From Planctomycetota bacterium (lineage in GTDB: Bacteria > Planctomycetota > UBA8108 > SXIK01): a stretch of DNA of 64,000 bases. The DNA lies in assembly GCA_965223265.1 (NCBI GenBank), contig OZ244999.1, positions 3,424,001 to 3,488,000 of the forward strand. The letters are read 5' to 3'. The notes under the pieces were generated by a model. The model saw only the letters and a program-made list of their open reading frames with translations. It made no database searches and was not told the origin of the DNA. This document shows positions 1 to 9,952 of the stretch, piece after piece. How positions within the stretch are numbered: position 1 is the first letter of the stretch; the number at the start of each line of letters is the position of its first letter. Position numbers and translations under genes: made by a program.

Positions 1-1859
1 TTTTCCCGCATCCGGCTTTCGGACAAGGTTCATACTTTCGCCCACGGAAAGTTGCGCGTCCGCTCAGTGAGTCGGACTAGACCGAGTACGCGGTGCAGGT
101 ATGTGTCGGGAAATCGTGACGTTCCTCGACCCGGCACTTTGTGTTTACGGCACAACCACTGACGCAGCCGGTTGCCGGCGTGCAAATCCACGGTGGCATA
201 GGCCTTGCTAACAGGCCCAAGGCGGAAGTAGTTGGCCCAGCCGATCATGGTTCGGTTGAGTTCAGCTACGAGCTCCTTGGCGTCGCGGGTACTCCAGCGA
301 CGGCTGGTCTTTTCACTAATCGTGCGACAAAGCCCCACGACCTTCTTCTTGGACGGGCGTGTGCCGATGTAGGCTCGACCCGTCTTAGGCGACCAGCACC
401 TTCCCAGCGTGTAGCCCAGAAAGTCGAACGTCTCGTCCGGGACGCGGCATTGACGTGTCTTTGACTCGTTCACCGTCAGCTTCAGCCGTTGCATCATGTT
501 CCTCATCACGCGCATGGCCTCGTCGGCACTGCCGCGACAGCAGATCACGAAATCGTCGGCGTAGTTGACAATTCGGGCGCGCAAGCGCCTCTGGTACCCG
601 AGCACCTTCCAACCCACGATGAATCGTCGCATGTAGAGGTTACTAAGCAGCGGTGAGATCGGAGCGCCTTGCGGACAGCCCCGGCCCTCGTCCTTATTGC
701 GCGTCGTTCGTTGTTTTCGACCCCGCTCGTCCGTCTCTTCTACCGGCGCGACAAGCCACATCTTGATCAGGTGCAGTACCTGTTTATCACTGATGCGACG
801 TGCCACCGATTTCATGAGCTCGGTGTGTGGGATCGTGTCGAAGTAGCCGCTTAAGTCTGCGTCGATGACCTCTGTATGGCCAGTATTCAGTAGCGAGTGG
901 ATCTTGCCTATGGCCTCCAAAGCGCTACGGTTGGGACGGTAGGCGTACTGCTCCGGCTGCAGGTCTGCCTCGAATATCGCTTCGAGGATCAGCACGGCTG
1001 CCGTCTGCACGACACGGTCGCGGATCGTTGGGATACCCAACGGCCGCTGCTTACCATTCGCCTTCGGAATATACACCCGGCGAACCGCTTGCGGACGATA
1101 CCTCTTCTCTTTGAGCTCCGTCGTCAGTTCGTCCAACCACCGCTCGAGACCTTCTCTCTCGATGTCTTCGAACCGCTCGCCGTCCACTCCTGCGGCTCCA
1201 CCGTTGGCACGGCAGCAGCGGTAGGCGTGTTCGAGAACGTCCGGTCGATACACCTTGTCGTAGAGGGCATAGAAACGAAAGTTGGGCGATTCCTTCGCTT
1301 TGGTATGTAACGCCGCCTGCAGCTTCCGAACCTTTGGTGGGGTTGGTAGGCTCATGCCAATCTCCCGGCTCTCATGGCTTCTGACGTTAGCCTTGAACTA
1401 AGGCCCCTTCCCTCGACCGGCATTACCCGGCGTCTGCGGTACTACGGGCCTATCCGCCGCCCTGGACGGCCCGGCCTGCTCCTCGCGGAGTTCCGGTTTG
1501 GCGCTCACGCCGCGCCACCGTCGGGGTTTCCCGTGTTGCATCGAATCTCCGTTGGCACGCATGCCATCGCCACTACCCCGGCAGGAACCACTGGATGCTG
1601 TCGCTCTTCTCGTCCATTGGTTGGCAGCCTTCCCCTGTTTAGCGGAGGGTCGGCTCCTGCATTGACTCTTTCGAGGCCTGCTCGGCGTTCACTCACGTTA
1701 CGGCCTGCGTGCTCGCTGGGTCGCCCAGCGACCCTTTTCCTGAAGTACTTCGACGTAGGTCGTTGCCTCCCTCCGTCGCTCCGGGTGCTACCGGCTGGAG
1801 CGACCAGTTGCCGGGTGGGATTCTCACCCACTGAGGATTCGTGCCTTTTCACGGCGTAC
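1..1859 (-). mobile_element. Group II intron (3' end beyond window edge)
   Basis: Minus strand starts GTACGCCGTGAAAAGGCACG at 1859 (GUGYG-like). About 500 nt of non-coding leader precede the RT ORF. The start of domain V (GAAAGCCGGATGCGGGAAAA) follows the RT stop at positions 20-1. Confidence 0.9.
30..1355 (-). CDS. ltrA: Group II intron reverse transcriptase/maturase, no endonuclease domain
   Basis: [38 protein letters not shown] and maturase X domain (GWANYF); 441 aa. Confidence 0.95.
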   Translation of the reverse strand: MSLPTPPKVRKLQAALHTKAKESPNFRFYALYDKVYRPDVLEHAYRCCRANGGAAGVDGERFEDIEREGLERWLDELTTELKEKRYRPQAVRRVYIPKANGKQRPLGIPTIRDRVVQTAAVLILEAIFEADLQPEQYAYRPNRSALEAIGKIHSLLNTGHTEVIDADLSGYFDTIPHTELMKSVARRISDKQVLHLIKMWLVAPVEETDERGRKQRTTRNKDEGRGCPQGAPISPLLSNLYMRRFIVGWKVLGYQRRLRARIVNYADDFVICCRGSADEAMRVMRNMMQRLKLTVNESKTRQCRVPDETFDFLGYTLGRCWSPKTGRAYIGTRPSKKKVVGLCRTISEKTSRRWSTRDAKELVAELNRTMIGWANYFRLGPVSKAYATVDLHAGNRLRQWLCRKHKVPGRGTSRFPDTYLHRVLGLVRLTERTRNFPWAKV

Positions 1860-1871
1860 GCCAAACTCGAG
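1860..1871. mobile_element. Outer 12 bp of an IS701-type terminal inverted repeat, interrupted by the intron
   Basis: GCCAAACTCGAG is identical to the ends at 28277-28288 and 53455-53466; followed by GTTAG, which resembles the GCTAG/GTCAA target duplications. Confidence 0.75.
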
Positions 1872-1924
1872 GTTAGGAGCGGATTCAGATCAAGCGCGGG
1901 CAGAGGGCAACGGACGTCCCGCGA

Positions 1925-3058
1925 TCAACCAGCGATCCGTTCCACCGCTTGCAACAGCGCTTTGATGTAGCCGTAGCCGAAGGCGAACCCCTGCAGCCCG
2001 CCTGGATCGTCTTTGTGACCGGGCATGTGGTCAGGCATGAGCATGTACTCGTAGTCGACTTCGTGAAGCGTCAGCGCGACCTCAAGCATGTCCATGTCGC
2101 CTTCGTCCGGGTACACCTCTTGAAAGTCGTCGCGCCGGCCGCGGATGTTGCGAAAGTGGATATTGAAGATCTTCTTTCGCTTGCCGAAGTACCGGATGAC
2201 TTCGTGGATCTCACGACGCGGGTCTTGCAGCATTTCGGCAGTTGTCCCAAGGCAAAGATTGAATCCGTGGTAGGGACTCTCCTCGATCGCGGCGAATCTT
2301 TTGAGCCCTTCGAACGTGCCAAGCACGCGGTCGATTCCCTGGTAGCCTTCCGGCGGCATACCAGGATCGTGCGGGTGACAAGCAGCGCGAATCTTGTATT
2401 CGTTACAGACAGGAATGATACGTTCGAGAAAGTACGTGATGCGTTCCCAAAAGATGTCGGCAGTGACGTGGCCGGCTCGAGTGAGCGGTGTCGGCGGCTT
2501 GGCGTCGCGCAGGCGCCACGTGCTGTACGAAGAGCCGCCGCGGCCGGGAGTGCGTTCAGTGCGAGGCACACCGAGAAGGCTCATGTTGTACTTCATAGCG
2601 GGAATGCCGGCGGCGGCGCAGTGTGCGATCATCTTTTGAATGTGCTCAATGTCGCGATCGCGCTCGGGGCTCTTTCCGAGCATGATGGCGCCCCGTTTCT
2701 CACGATCGATGTGGCTCGAACTAAGAAACGGCAATGCGACCATGTCGAGCGTGATGCCGTGACGTTCGCAAAGCTCGCGGGTTTTCTCCAGGTCTTCCAC
2801 GCTCCAGTAGCCACGTTCGCCGGGATGCGGCGGGTAGCCGCAGATGTGGTTGACGCCGTGGCGCTTGAAATACTCCAGCCGCTCCGGGGTGGTTCCTGGG
2901 CGCTGCGTGCCAACGTACATTTTGACTGGGCGCCTCGGCCGCGCGGGCGATCGGTCGGGGGTCGCCGCGCGCGTCGGCTTGTGCGCGGAAGTCGTGGCGG
3001 CTACGGCGGCTCCACCCAGTCCGGCAGTGGCGGTGGTGAGAAAGTCACGGCGATTCAT
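1925..3058 (-). CDS. Mannonate dehydratase (UxuA family) with Tat signal
   Basis: MNRRDFL Tat motif; HPHDP, GFNLCLGT, IHFRNIRG and MPDHMP motifs. Confidence 0.85.
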   Translation of the reverse strand: MNRRDFLTTATAGLGGAAVAATTSAHKPTRAATPDRSPARPRRPVKMYVGTQRPGTTPERLEYFKRHGVNHICGYPPHPGERGYWSVEDLEKTRELCERHGITLDMVALPFLSSSHIDREKRGAIMLGKSPERDRDIEHIQKMIAHCAAAGIPAMKYNMSLLGVPRTERTPGRGGSSYSTWRLRDAKPPTPLTRAGHVTADIFWERITYFLERIIPVCNEYKIRAACHPHDPGMPPEGYQGIDRVLGTFEGLKRFAAIEESPYHGFNLCLGTTAEMLQDPRREIHEVIRYFGKRKKIFNIHFRNIRGRRDDFQEVYPDEGDMDMLEVALTLHEVDYEYMLMPDHMPGHKDDPGGLQGFAFGYGYIKALLQAVERIAG

Positions 3059-3488
3059 TACAGACCTCGTGGCTCAGGTTGGTGGTGGCCTCGCCCCCTC
3101 CTATCGGTCGAGCTCGGCAGTGAGAGGCTACCTGGACTCCATTTCCTGCGTCTGCAAAAAAAAGCTGAGCGAAAGTCTCGTTGGTGGCGATGCATCGCTC
3201 ACCTCATGGAGCCGCCACGAGCGGGGGCGCTGCGCCTGTCGACTTCGGAGCTGCGTGCGTGCCTCCGCGCCTGCCTCCTCATTCGGCTCGGTTTCTCAAC
3301 TTCAAGCACACGTCGGATCCGTTCGACGCAGGGCGCCGGCGTCCAACAACACCAAACACGGAGCACGGGTTCGATGACTCAAATCGAGCTTCTGCAAGAC
3401 TTTCGGAGATCTCGTGAGAACCATAGCTGGAGTGACTTGAAACGATCCGAGGTCGAGAGTCGAGCGTGCATTGGTGTTACTGTTTTGT

Positions 3489-3543
3489 GTGTAAGAAAAG
3501 ATTACACTTTCGACTTGCGTCTGAGTCGCGCAGCGGCTACCGT
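3489..3543 (+). promoter_or_regulatory. Sigma70-type promoter with upstream palindromic operator
   Basis: TTGCGT(3515-3520)-N17-TACCGT(3538-3543); AT-rich upstream tract contains GTGTAA-N7-TTACAC (3489-3507). Confidence 0.5.
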
Positions 3544-3549
3544 GAGCGT

Positions 3550-3719
3550 TGCTTAAGTCCGGGACGACTTGATACACGTTGCCCGGCAGCAACTCTTGGA
3601 ACGCGTCGATTGACGCGCGACGTCGAACCCCTGCCCGTGGGAATTCCGGGGGGAAGGCAAGGGAAAGACGTGATCAAGGCTTCGACCGGCGAGCCGACGG
3701 AATCGCCGGTCTTTTTTTT
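3550..3719 (+). ncRNA. Candidate structured small RNA, family unassigned
   Basis: Lies between the promoter and terminator with no credible ORF; nested pairings 3568-3580/3667-3678, 3593-3601/3644-3652 and 3602-3607/3612-3617. Confidence 0.5.
3684..3719 (+). terminator. Intrinsic terminator
   Basis: GACCGGCGA-N10-TCGCCGGTC perfect 9-bp stem followed by T8. Confidence 0.8.
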
Positions 3720-3778
3720 GGGGGCGAGGTTTCGCTCTTCTCTCGTAGCGCTTGGCGCGGCGTCTCTCGCCAGCGACT

Positions 3779-6700
3779 CTAACGGTCGCAGCCGAGCGCG
3801 TCCTGCGTGGTGTCGACACCGCCATTGGGGAACGGCGCGGCGGGCGGCGGACCGCTCCTGAAAAGGTAGTTGAGGACGCCGAGGGCGTCGGAGAGGTCCA
3901 GCGTACCGCTGTCATCGACGTCAGCGCTGTCCTCGCACGGCAGCGCGGCACCGCGAAACAGCCGGAGCAAGATGGCGATCCCGTCGCTGACGTTGAGGCG
4001 CTCATCGCGGTCGGCGTCACCGCGGGTGAAGATGACACCGTCGACGACGCTGACGCGCAAGGTAGAGACCGCCGGCGGTGAGTTCTCGTCCTGGGTGAAG
4101 CCCGCGATCGTGAATTCGCTCACGTCTTCGGTGAGGGTGATCGGACGCTGCCAACGCGTGGGAGTCACCCAATTCGGCTCGAACGGGAGCTCGCTGCCGT
4201 CCGGCTCGGTGAGGACGAACCTCTCAATCTCGACAGGGGCGTCGCCCTCGAGGACGATCTCCCGATCGTTCGTGCTGAGCTCTGGCGCACCGACGAACCC
4301 GAATCGATCCGTCAGGAGCGGAGCTATTTCCTCACGGCCCATCTCATGGGCACGATTGATAAAAGCGGTAAAAATAAGGCCTTCACGTCGATCCAGGGCT
4401 GTCAGAAACGGCGCCGCATCCTCCTCGTTCCAGTAAGTGCGAAAGGCGTCCTCAAGGACGCGGAGGTAGACTCGCACGAACTTCGGGCGTGACAGGATGC
4501 GCCGCAGGAAAGGATTACCGCCGGGAAACAACGTGCGATGCTCGCGCAGCGCCCCGTCGATGTCGAAAGGGATGTGAACCCAGCGTTCGTCGACAGGGTT
4601 GTAGGCGATGTAGCCGTTTTTACCACCAATGAACAGCGCGTCCCAGTCAGCCACCAGAAGACGAAACGCGATGGCGCGGAGAAACTGCTCGATGTGAAAG
4701 GACGCATCGATGGTGGCGTCGAAGGTGGCGTCGTCGGTTTCTGCGGCGTCGGCTACTTTTGTCATCGTGGCGAAACGGGTCCAATCGTCGCGGGTCTGGT
4801 GAATGCTATGGAACCAGTAAGCGCGGTAATTCTCAGATTGACCGCCGCGATACGTCAACGTGGCGCTGCCAAATCCATTCGCCAGCATCGTGCAAGAGTC
4901 GCCGAAGTACTGCCGACCGGTTCCCTTGAGCACCACTGCCGCATCGGTGCTCTCGTCGCCGTACCACTTGGCGACGTAGTCGGTGTCCATGGGCTGCACA
5001 AAGGCTCTCGTCCCTTGGACAGTCCCGTTCACTGCTGTCGCCACATACAGATACTCAGCCGCCGGCGTTGGCGCTTCTGACGTTCCCGCACGTGTCAACA
5101 GGTAGTGGGCGGCGCCTTCGTTTTTGTTCTCGCCGCGGTTGCTGATGTTGATCGAGCGTCGTCCGCGAAGAAAAGGTTTGTCTCTGTTGAATGAGACACG
5201 AAAGTTCTTGCCGATCGAGACGTCGCGTGTCCATGGGCTGCCGCGATAACGTACCCCGACGTCATAGAAGACCTGACTGTCATTGAGTACGAGCGTACCG
5301 CTCACCAAGTCGTTAGAGTGAACGGGTCGGGCCCGCAGCTGGCGATTCTGATCCTCGTCAAGAATCAGTCGTGCCACGTCGACCGGCGCAGTGATGGCGC
5401 GTTCGACCATGAAAACGTGAGTCTCTTCAGGTGCGTTGACGGGAAAGCGCCGCACGGCGCCTAAGGAATCAACTGCTTCGACGTAGTAAACCCAGCGCGT
5501 GCGATTCGCGAAGCTACCAATCGTCCCGCCATAGATCCCATCTCCGGCGCTACCGTCGTTGGCCTCACCGGAATCGACCAGAGAGACACTCGTGAATTCG
5601 CCGAGCGGCGAGTCTTCTTGGAAGAAGACGTGGACGCTCTCTATCCCGTCGGCGTCGGAAACCCTGGCAGCTATGCTCACCGGTTCGTCCGCACGTGGCG
5701 AGGCAGGGTGATGTCGCACGTGAGAGAAAACTGGACCCAACTGCACACTTCCCGTCTCCTCGCGTAGGCGGAGTGTGGCGCTGTTTTCGCGCCCGGGGGT
5801 GCCGAGATTCGTCGGCACAGTCAAACGCAAACGCGCACCGAGGCCGTTACCCGAGACAGCATCGTAGCTGCCGGGCGTGAACTCGCCGTGAGTGATCAGC
5901 AGGCTCGAGCCGAGCTGCCACTTCGCCCACAAAGAAACGTCATAGCTTCCGGCATCCATGACGGGGTCTGTGTCGACTTCGATGCGGTTGCACCGCGTAT
6001 CCCCTTTGCCTGTTGCGACCAGCTGAAGTGCTGCAGATCCCGACTGCACGTCATGTGTGACGATTCCGGAGTGCACATGAGTCCCTTCGATTTTCCACGG
6101 TGTTGTGTCGGTCTCGAACCCGGGATTGGGCACGAAGTTGTCGCTACCACCGCTGCGGCGAATCGACACGTCGTCGATGAGGCAAATCCCCTTTTCGACC
6201 AAGAAGATATGAAATTCAGTCTCGAGCACAGGAGCGAAATCAGGCGCCGTGTAGGTGAGTTCTTCCCAGGTGGCTTTCGTCGACTCGTCGCTGTGCGTCC
6301 ACGCCGAAGCGACGCCGTTATCTTGCCGCGGATCGATGAGCTCCAGGCTCGCACCTCGGCCGTCGGCCCATTCGGACCAGACGCCACCATCGAAGTAACG
6401 CACTTCATCCACGAGATTGCCGGCGCCATCGAAAAGGGTGAGATTCTCACCGCGGTTGCTCAGCCTTCCTTGATACGGGCCGAAAACCTCAGAGAGCCCG
6501 TGGTGGCCTGCGACCAGTTCAGGGGCGTTGCTCAAAACGAGATACTCTCCAGGTCCAAGCGCTGTGCCGGCGGGAAAGCTGAACTCGATGCCGTCGAAAT
6601 GGTAGCCTGACAAATCGCGAGCCGTCTCGCCGCGGTTGTAGAGTTCGACGAATTCTCCTTCACGGTCCTCAGGCGGATGGTAAAAGATTTCGTTGATGAC

Positions 6701-7720
6701 GAGATCAAGGTCGCGCTCGACCGCGTTCGCAGCTTCCGGTGTCGGCGTGAGACTTATCCAACCGGGCCGTTGACCGTCGGGATATCTCGCTTCGGAGTAA
6801 GAGCCGATCTCGGCACCGGGAGGTGCCGCGCGCGCGAACGCTTCTGCCGCGACGACGCTACCGTCGTCGCGGCGGAGAAAGAGCTCTACCTCAGGCGTCG
6901 ACAGCGCCACCGAGCTTTCAGACTCCGTGACGACAAGAAAGCCGCGTGGCGGCACAGACGTTCCAGCCTCAAATCGGTATCCTGCTTGATCGACGTCGTC
7001 ACTGAGTGTATGTCCGCCCAGGTCGATCGGAACGCTCGTCGAGTTGAAGATTTCGATCCACCCATCGCCGGATGCACCGCGAAAAAGCTCGTTGAAGACG
7101 AGTGGCGCCCGCGGCGTAAAGCCTCCTGGACGTGTCTCAGGAATCGAGGCGGAATCGAAATCGACGGTGCCTGGATCGCCGCCGAGTGAGGCGCTCAGAG
7201 TCCAGTGCTCAGGCTCGCTGTGATCGAGAAGGCCATGAATAAGCGTCAAGCTGTGCCCCGTTCCGTTCGCCCCCAACGGCCATTTGCCGCTGGCGTTGTA
7301 GCGTAGCGTCGCAACCAAGGCGCCAACGTGGTTGACCAGGGTGATTCGTTCTCTGCCGTTATTGAGGCGTCCGCTGAAGTCTCCAACTGCGTTTTCGATG
7401 CCGTAACGAGCTCGGACGGCATCGACATTGGAGCAGACAACGATGACCTCACGCGCACCCAGGACAGTCCTCGGAGGGAACGTGAACTCGATCCCTTCGA
7501 CGAACGCGAATCCGGAGAGATCTTGCGGGGTGGACGTTTCGTTGGCGACCTCGATAAACTCTAACGAATCTTCGCCCTCGACCGGGTGGTAATGAATCTC
7601 CGAAAAGACGACCCCAAACGCCGGACGAGTTATGCACACTAGAAGTAGCAACTGAAACAGCCAAGGGAGTCGCCGCGTGCTGCAGCTCACGCTGTTTGCT
7701 GCGATCTGTCGTTTCGTCAC
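3779..7720 (-). CDS. Secreted lamin-tail-domain / CotH-kinase-like protein with C-terminal dockerin-like domain
   Basis: Three LTD starts (VFSEIHYHP, VFNELF, VINEIFYHP), CotH-like GVRYRGSPW...IPFDID, C-terminal RGDAD..SD...DSADVDDSG.LDLSD; GTG start at 7720 with AGGAG RBS and a signal peptide. Confidence 0.8.
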   Translation of the reverse strand: MTKRQIAANSVSCSTRRLPWLFQLLLLVCITRPAFGVVFSEIHYHPVEGEDSLEFIEVANETSTPQDLSGFAFVEGIEFTFPPRTVLGAREVIVVCSNVDAVRARYGIENAVGDFSGRLNNGRERITLVNHVGALVATLRYNASGKWPLGANGTGHSLTLIHGLLDHSEPEHWTLSASLGGDPGTVDFDSASIPETRPGGFTPRAPLVFNELFRGASGDGWIEIFNSTSVPIDLGGHTLSDDVDQAGYRFEAGTSVPPRGFLVVTESESSVALSTPEVELFLRRDDGSVVAAEAFARAAPPGAEIGSYSEARYPDGQRPGWISLTPTPEAANAVERDLDLVINEIFYHPPEDREGEFVELYNRGETARDLSGYHFDGIEFSFPAGTALGPGEYLVLSNAPELVAGHHGLSEVFGPYQGRLSNRGENLTLFDGAGNLVDEVRYFDGGVWSEWADGRGASLELIDPRQDNGVASAWTHSDESTKATWEELTYTAPDFAPVLETEFHIFLVEKGICLIDDVSIRRSGGSDNFVPNPGFETDTTPWKIEGTHVHSGIVTHDVQSGSAALQLVATGKGDTRCNRIEVDTDPVMDAGSYDVSLWAKWQLGSSLLITHGEFTPGSYDAVSGNGLGARLRLTVPTNLGTPGRENSATLRLREETGSVQLGPVFSHVRHHPASPRADEPVSIAARVSDADGIESVHVFFQEDSPLGEFTSVSLVDSGEANDGSAGDGIYGGTIGSFANRTRWVYYVEAVDSLGAVRRFPVNAPEETHVFMVERAITAPVDVARLILDEDQNRQLRARPVHSNDLVSGTLVLNDSQVFYDVGVRYRGSPWTRDVSIGKNFRVSFNRDKPFLRGRRSINISNRGENKNEGAAHYLLTRAGTSEAPTPAAEYLYVATAVNGTVQGTRAFVQPMDTDYVAKWYGDESTDAAVVLKGTGRQYFGDSCTMLANGFGSATLTYRGGQSENYRAYWFHSIHQTRDDWTRFATMTKVADAAETDDATFDATIDASFHIEQFLRAIAFRLLVADWDALFIGGKNGYIAYNPVDERWVHIPFDIDGALREHRTLFPGGNPFLRRILSRPKFVRVYLRVLEDAFRTYWNEEDAAPFLTALDRREGLIFTAFINRAHEMGREEIAPLLTDRFGFVGAPELSTNDREIVLEGDAPVEIERFVLTEPDGSELPFEPNWVTPTRWQRPITLTEDVSEFTIAGFTQDENSPPAVSTLRVSVVDGVIFTRGDADRDERLNVSDGIAILLRLFRGAALPCEDSADVDDSGTLDLSDALGVLNYLFRSGPPPAAPFPNGGVDTTQDALGCDR

Positions 7721-7895
7721 ATGGACTCCTTTCCGAGGCGCCGTCTGCGGGCGGATCCTGCTCCTTGAAGCGGATACCTCCTGCCGGCATCCCTCCGTCG
7801 AAACCATCTTAGCCCGCGGCCGTTCGCTGGCGAATTACATTCCGCAGGCTGTGTGGGAACGGTCCAGGGTCCGAACGCTGGGGCCGTTCCCGTAC

Positions 7896-8061
7896 AGCAG
7901 CCCGTTGAAAAAGTGCTTCGAGCCGAAAACTGGTCTCTTCGCGTCCAGATCGGCCGCGGTAAACGCAGGCAATCTTCGAGATTTTCGAGTATTGACGCGG
8001 TCGAGCTGGGCGTGAAGAGGCCAGTTTCCTCGGCCGAATGACTTTCTCAATGGGCTGCTAG
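7896..8061 (+). mobile_element. MITE-A copy 1 (IS5-type ends, palindromic)
   Basis: AGCAGCCCGTTGAAAAAGT...ACTTTCTCAATGGGCTGCTAG; near-identical to 51851-52017. Confidence 0.85.
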
Positions 8062-8079
8062 CCCGAGTCAGGAGACAAC

Positions 8080-9699
8080 TTGCCTATTCAATCCCTCAGC
8101 GGTGATGCCGCATTCGCCCGGGGTGCGCTCGAGGCCGGCGTGGCTGTCGTCGCGAGTTATCCCGGATCTCCCAGCTCTGGGACCGTGCAGGAGCTCCTAC
8201 GCCTGACGGATCCCAGCGACGTGTACGTCGAATGGTCGACGAACGAAAAGGTCGCCTTCGAGCTGGCTCTCGGCGCATCCATCGCCGGTAGTCGGGCTCT
8301 TGTGTGTGTCAAAAGTGTCGGCATGAACGCGCTCGTCGACCCGCTCATGGTTGCCAACCTCACCGGTGTGCGCGGCGGCATGGTCGTTCTGCTCGGAGAC
8401 GATCCTGGCGCGTACGGATCGCAGAATGATCAGGACACACGCCCGCTGGCAGAGTTCGCGGAGTTGCCGCTCCTTGAACCGGCGACACCCCAGGCGGCGA
8501 AAGATCTCATGGTCACGGCCTTTGAGATTTCCGAACAACTTGAGACTCTCGTCATTCTTCGCGAGACACGAAGTTTCTCTCAGTGTGGCGCGGATGTGTC
8601 TGTTGCGGAGTTGCCGCAGCGCAAACCGCGTGTTGCATACCGCCGTGAAGCGTGTCGATATGTGCCGTTTCCGAAAAACGCCGTGAAGATGCATGCAGAT
8701 CTTCATGCCAAGGTGCAGCGTCTGCAGCAGTGGATGGAGACGATTTCGCAGAACGTCTCTTTCGGCACCGGTGCACGCGGCGTTGTCGCAGTCGGGTTCG
8801 CTGCGTCGAAGCTCGATGACGTGCTGGCGGACTTCAGTGGCGAACTGCGGCGGTTAAACCTTGCAAGCGTCTTCCCGCTGCCGCGTCAGCGCGTCGCAGG
8901 TTTTCTGCGCGAGTGCGACGAAGTCCTGGTGCTGGAAGAAAACGAACCATACGTCGAGACGCAGCTGAAAGCGATAGCCTACGACGCAGAGCTCCACGTC
9001 TCGATTCATGGCAAGACTAGCGGTCACGTGAGCAGAGAGGGGGAGCTCTTTCGCTGGCAGATCGAGGAGTCCCTGCGGCAGTTTCTCGGTGAGCACACTG
9101 CGCAGCCGCGATACAGTGCGGCAGATGAGGCCGCCGAGCTGCCGCGCCGACGCGACAACTGCGCGGGTTGCCCGTTTCGCGCCATCGTCGAGACGCTTCG
9201 TGAAGTCGCGGCCGAGCTTGACCTCGACCCGATGGTGGTCGGCGACCCCGGCTGCCTCGTGAAAGCGTCGGACCTTTTCGACGCCAAATTCGCCATGGGA
9301 TCGGCGGTCGCAGCAGCTCAAGGGTTCCTGCGCGGCGGAGTCGAGTCGCGGTCGATTGCTGTTTTCGGCGATTCCGCGTTCTTTCATACCTCGATTCCCG
9401 GGGTCATCAACGCGGTACAACACGGCGCCGAGATTCACATGCTCGTGCTCGACAACCGATCCACAGTGACGTCCGGGTTCCAGCCAAACCCTGGCAGCGC
9501 TGAGACGGCTCGGGGCGATCCAGCGCCACACATCAGTATCGAAGCGATTGCAGCCGCTTGTGGTGTGCCGAATGTCTTTTCTGTTGATCCCAGCGGCGAT
9601 CTTGCCAAGCTTCGCATCGCGTTTTTGGAATTCCTGCAGGCAGACGGGCCGGCACTGCTGGTCGTTCGGCAGCTCTGCGAGCGCCCGGAGGGGACTTAG
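8080..9699 (+). CDS. iorA: Indolepyruvate:ferredoxin oxidoreductase alpha-subunit-like, TPP-dependent
   Basis: SYPGSPSS, EWSTNEKVAFE, DDPG..SQNDQD, CAGCP, GDPGC and GDSAFFH..N motifs. Confidence 0.8.
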   Translation: MPIQSLSGDAAFARGALEAGVAVVASYPGSPSSGTVQELLRLTDPSDVYVEWSTNEKVAFELALGASIAGSRALVCVKSVGMNALVDPLMVANLTGVRGGMVVLLGDDPGAYGSQNDQDTRPLAEFAELPLLEPATPQAAKDLMVTAFEISEQLETLVILRETRSFSQCGADVSVAELPQRKPRVAYRREACRYVPFPKNAVKMHADLHAKVQRLQQWMETISQNVSFGTGARGVVAVGFAASKLDDVLADFSGELRRLNLASVFPLPRQRVAGFLRECDEVLVLEENEPYVETQLKAIAYDAELHVSIHGKTSGHVSREGELFRWQIEESLRQFLGEHTAQPRYSAADEAAELPRRRDNCAGCPFRAIVETLREVAAELDLDPMVVGDPGCLVKASDLFDAKFAMGSAVAAAQGFLRGGVESRSIAVFGDSAFFHTSIPGVINAVQHGAEIHMLVLDNRSTVTSGFQPNPGSAETARGDPAPHISIEAIAAACGVPNVFSVDPSGDLAKLRIAFLEFLQADGPALLVVRQLCERPEGT

Positions 9700-9952
9700 T
9701 GACGGTCGGCGACGGTTTCTCTCACGCGCTCCAGCGCTTCAATTGCGGCGACCTCTCAAACGACGACGGCGTGGAACTGGCGAAGCGGATTCACGCGAAT
9801 CCAGCCAGATCTGCTATGATATGAAGAGCCAGTTCTTGTTTCACTGGCAGAGAGAACCACGGCTATCTCGCCGCCGGTTGTCGAAAACTGCTGTCCTCGC
9901 GCCCTCTTGTGAATTCACGGCGTAGCGACCTTGCCGCTGATCGGCTGACCTC

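Noticed and set aside
30-1355. RT as a retron, DGR or defence RT
   Set aside because: Maturase X domain, adjacent domain V and a GUGYG-like 5' end identify a group II intron.
1949-3556. Long antisense or alternative-frame ORFs (for example 1949-3556, 30605-31966, 45089-46669, 52063-53259, 18851-20185)
   Set aside because: Shadow ORFs of well-supported genes in GC-rich DNA, with no recognisable motifs.
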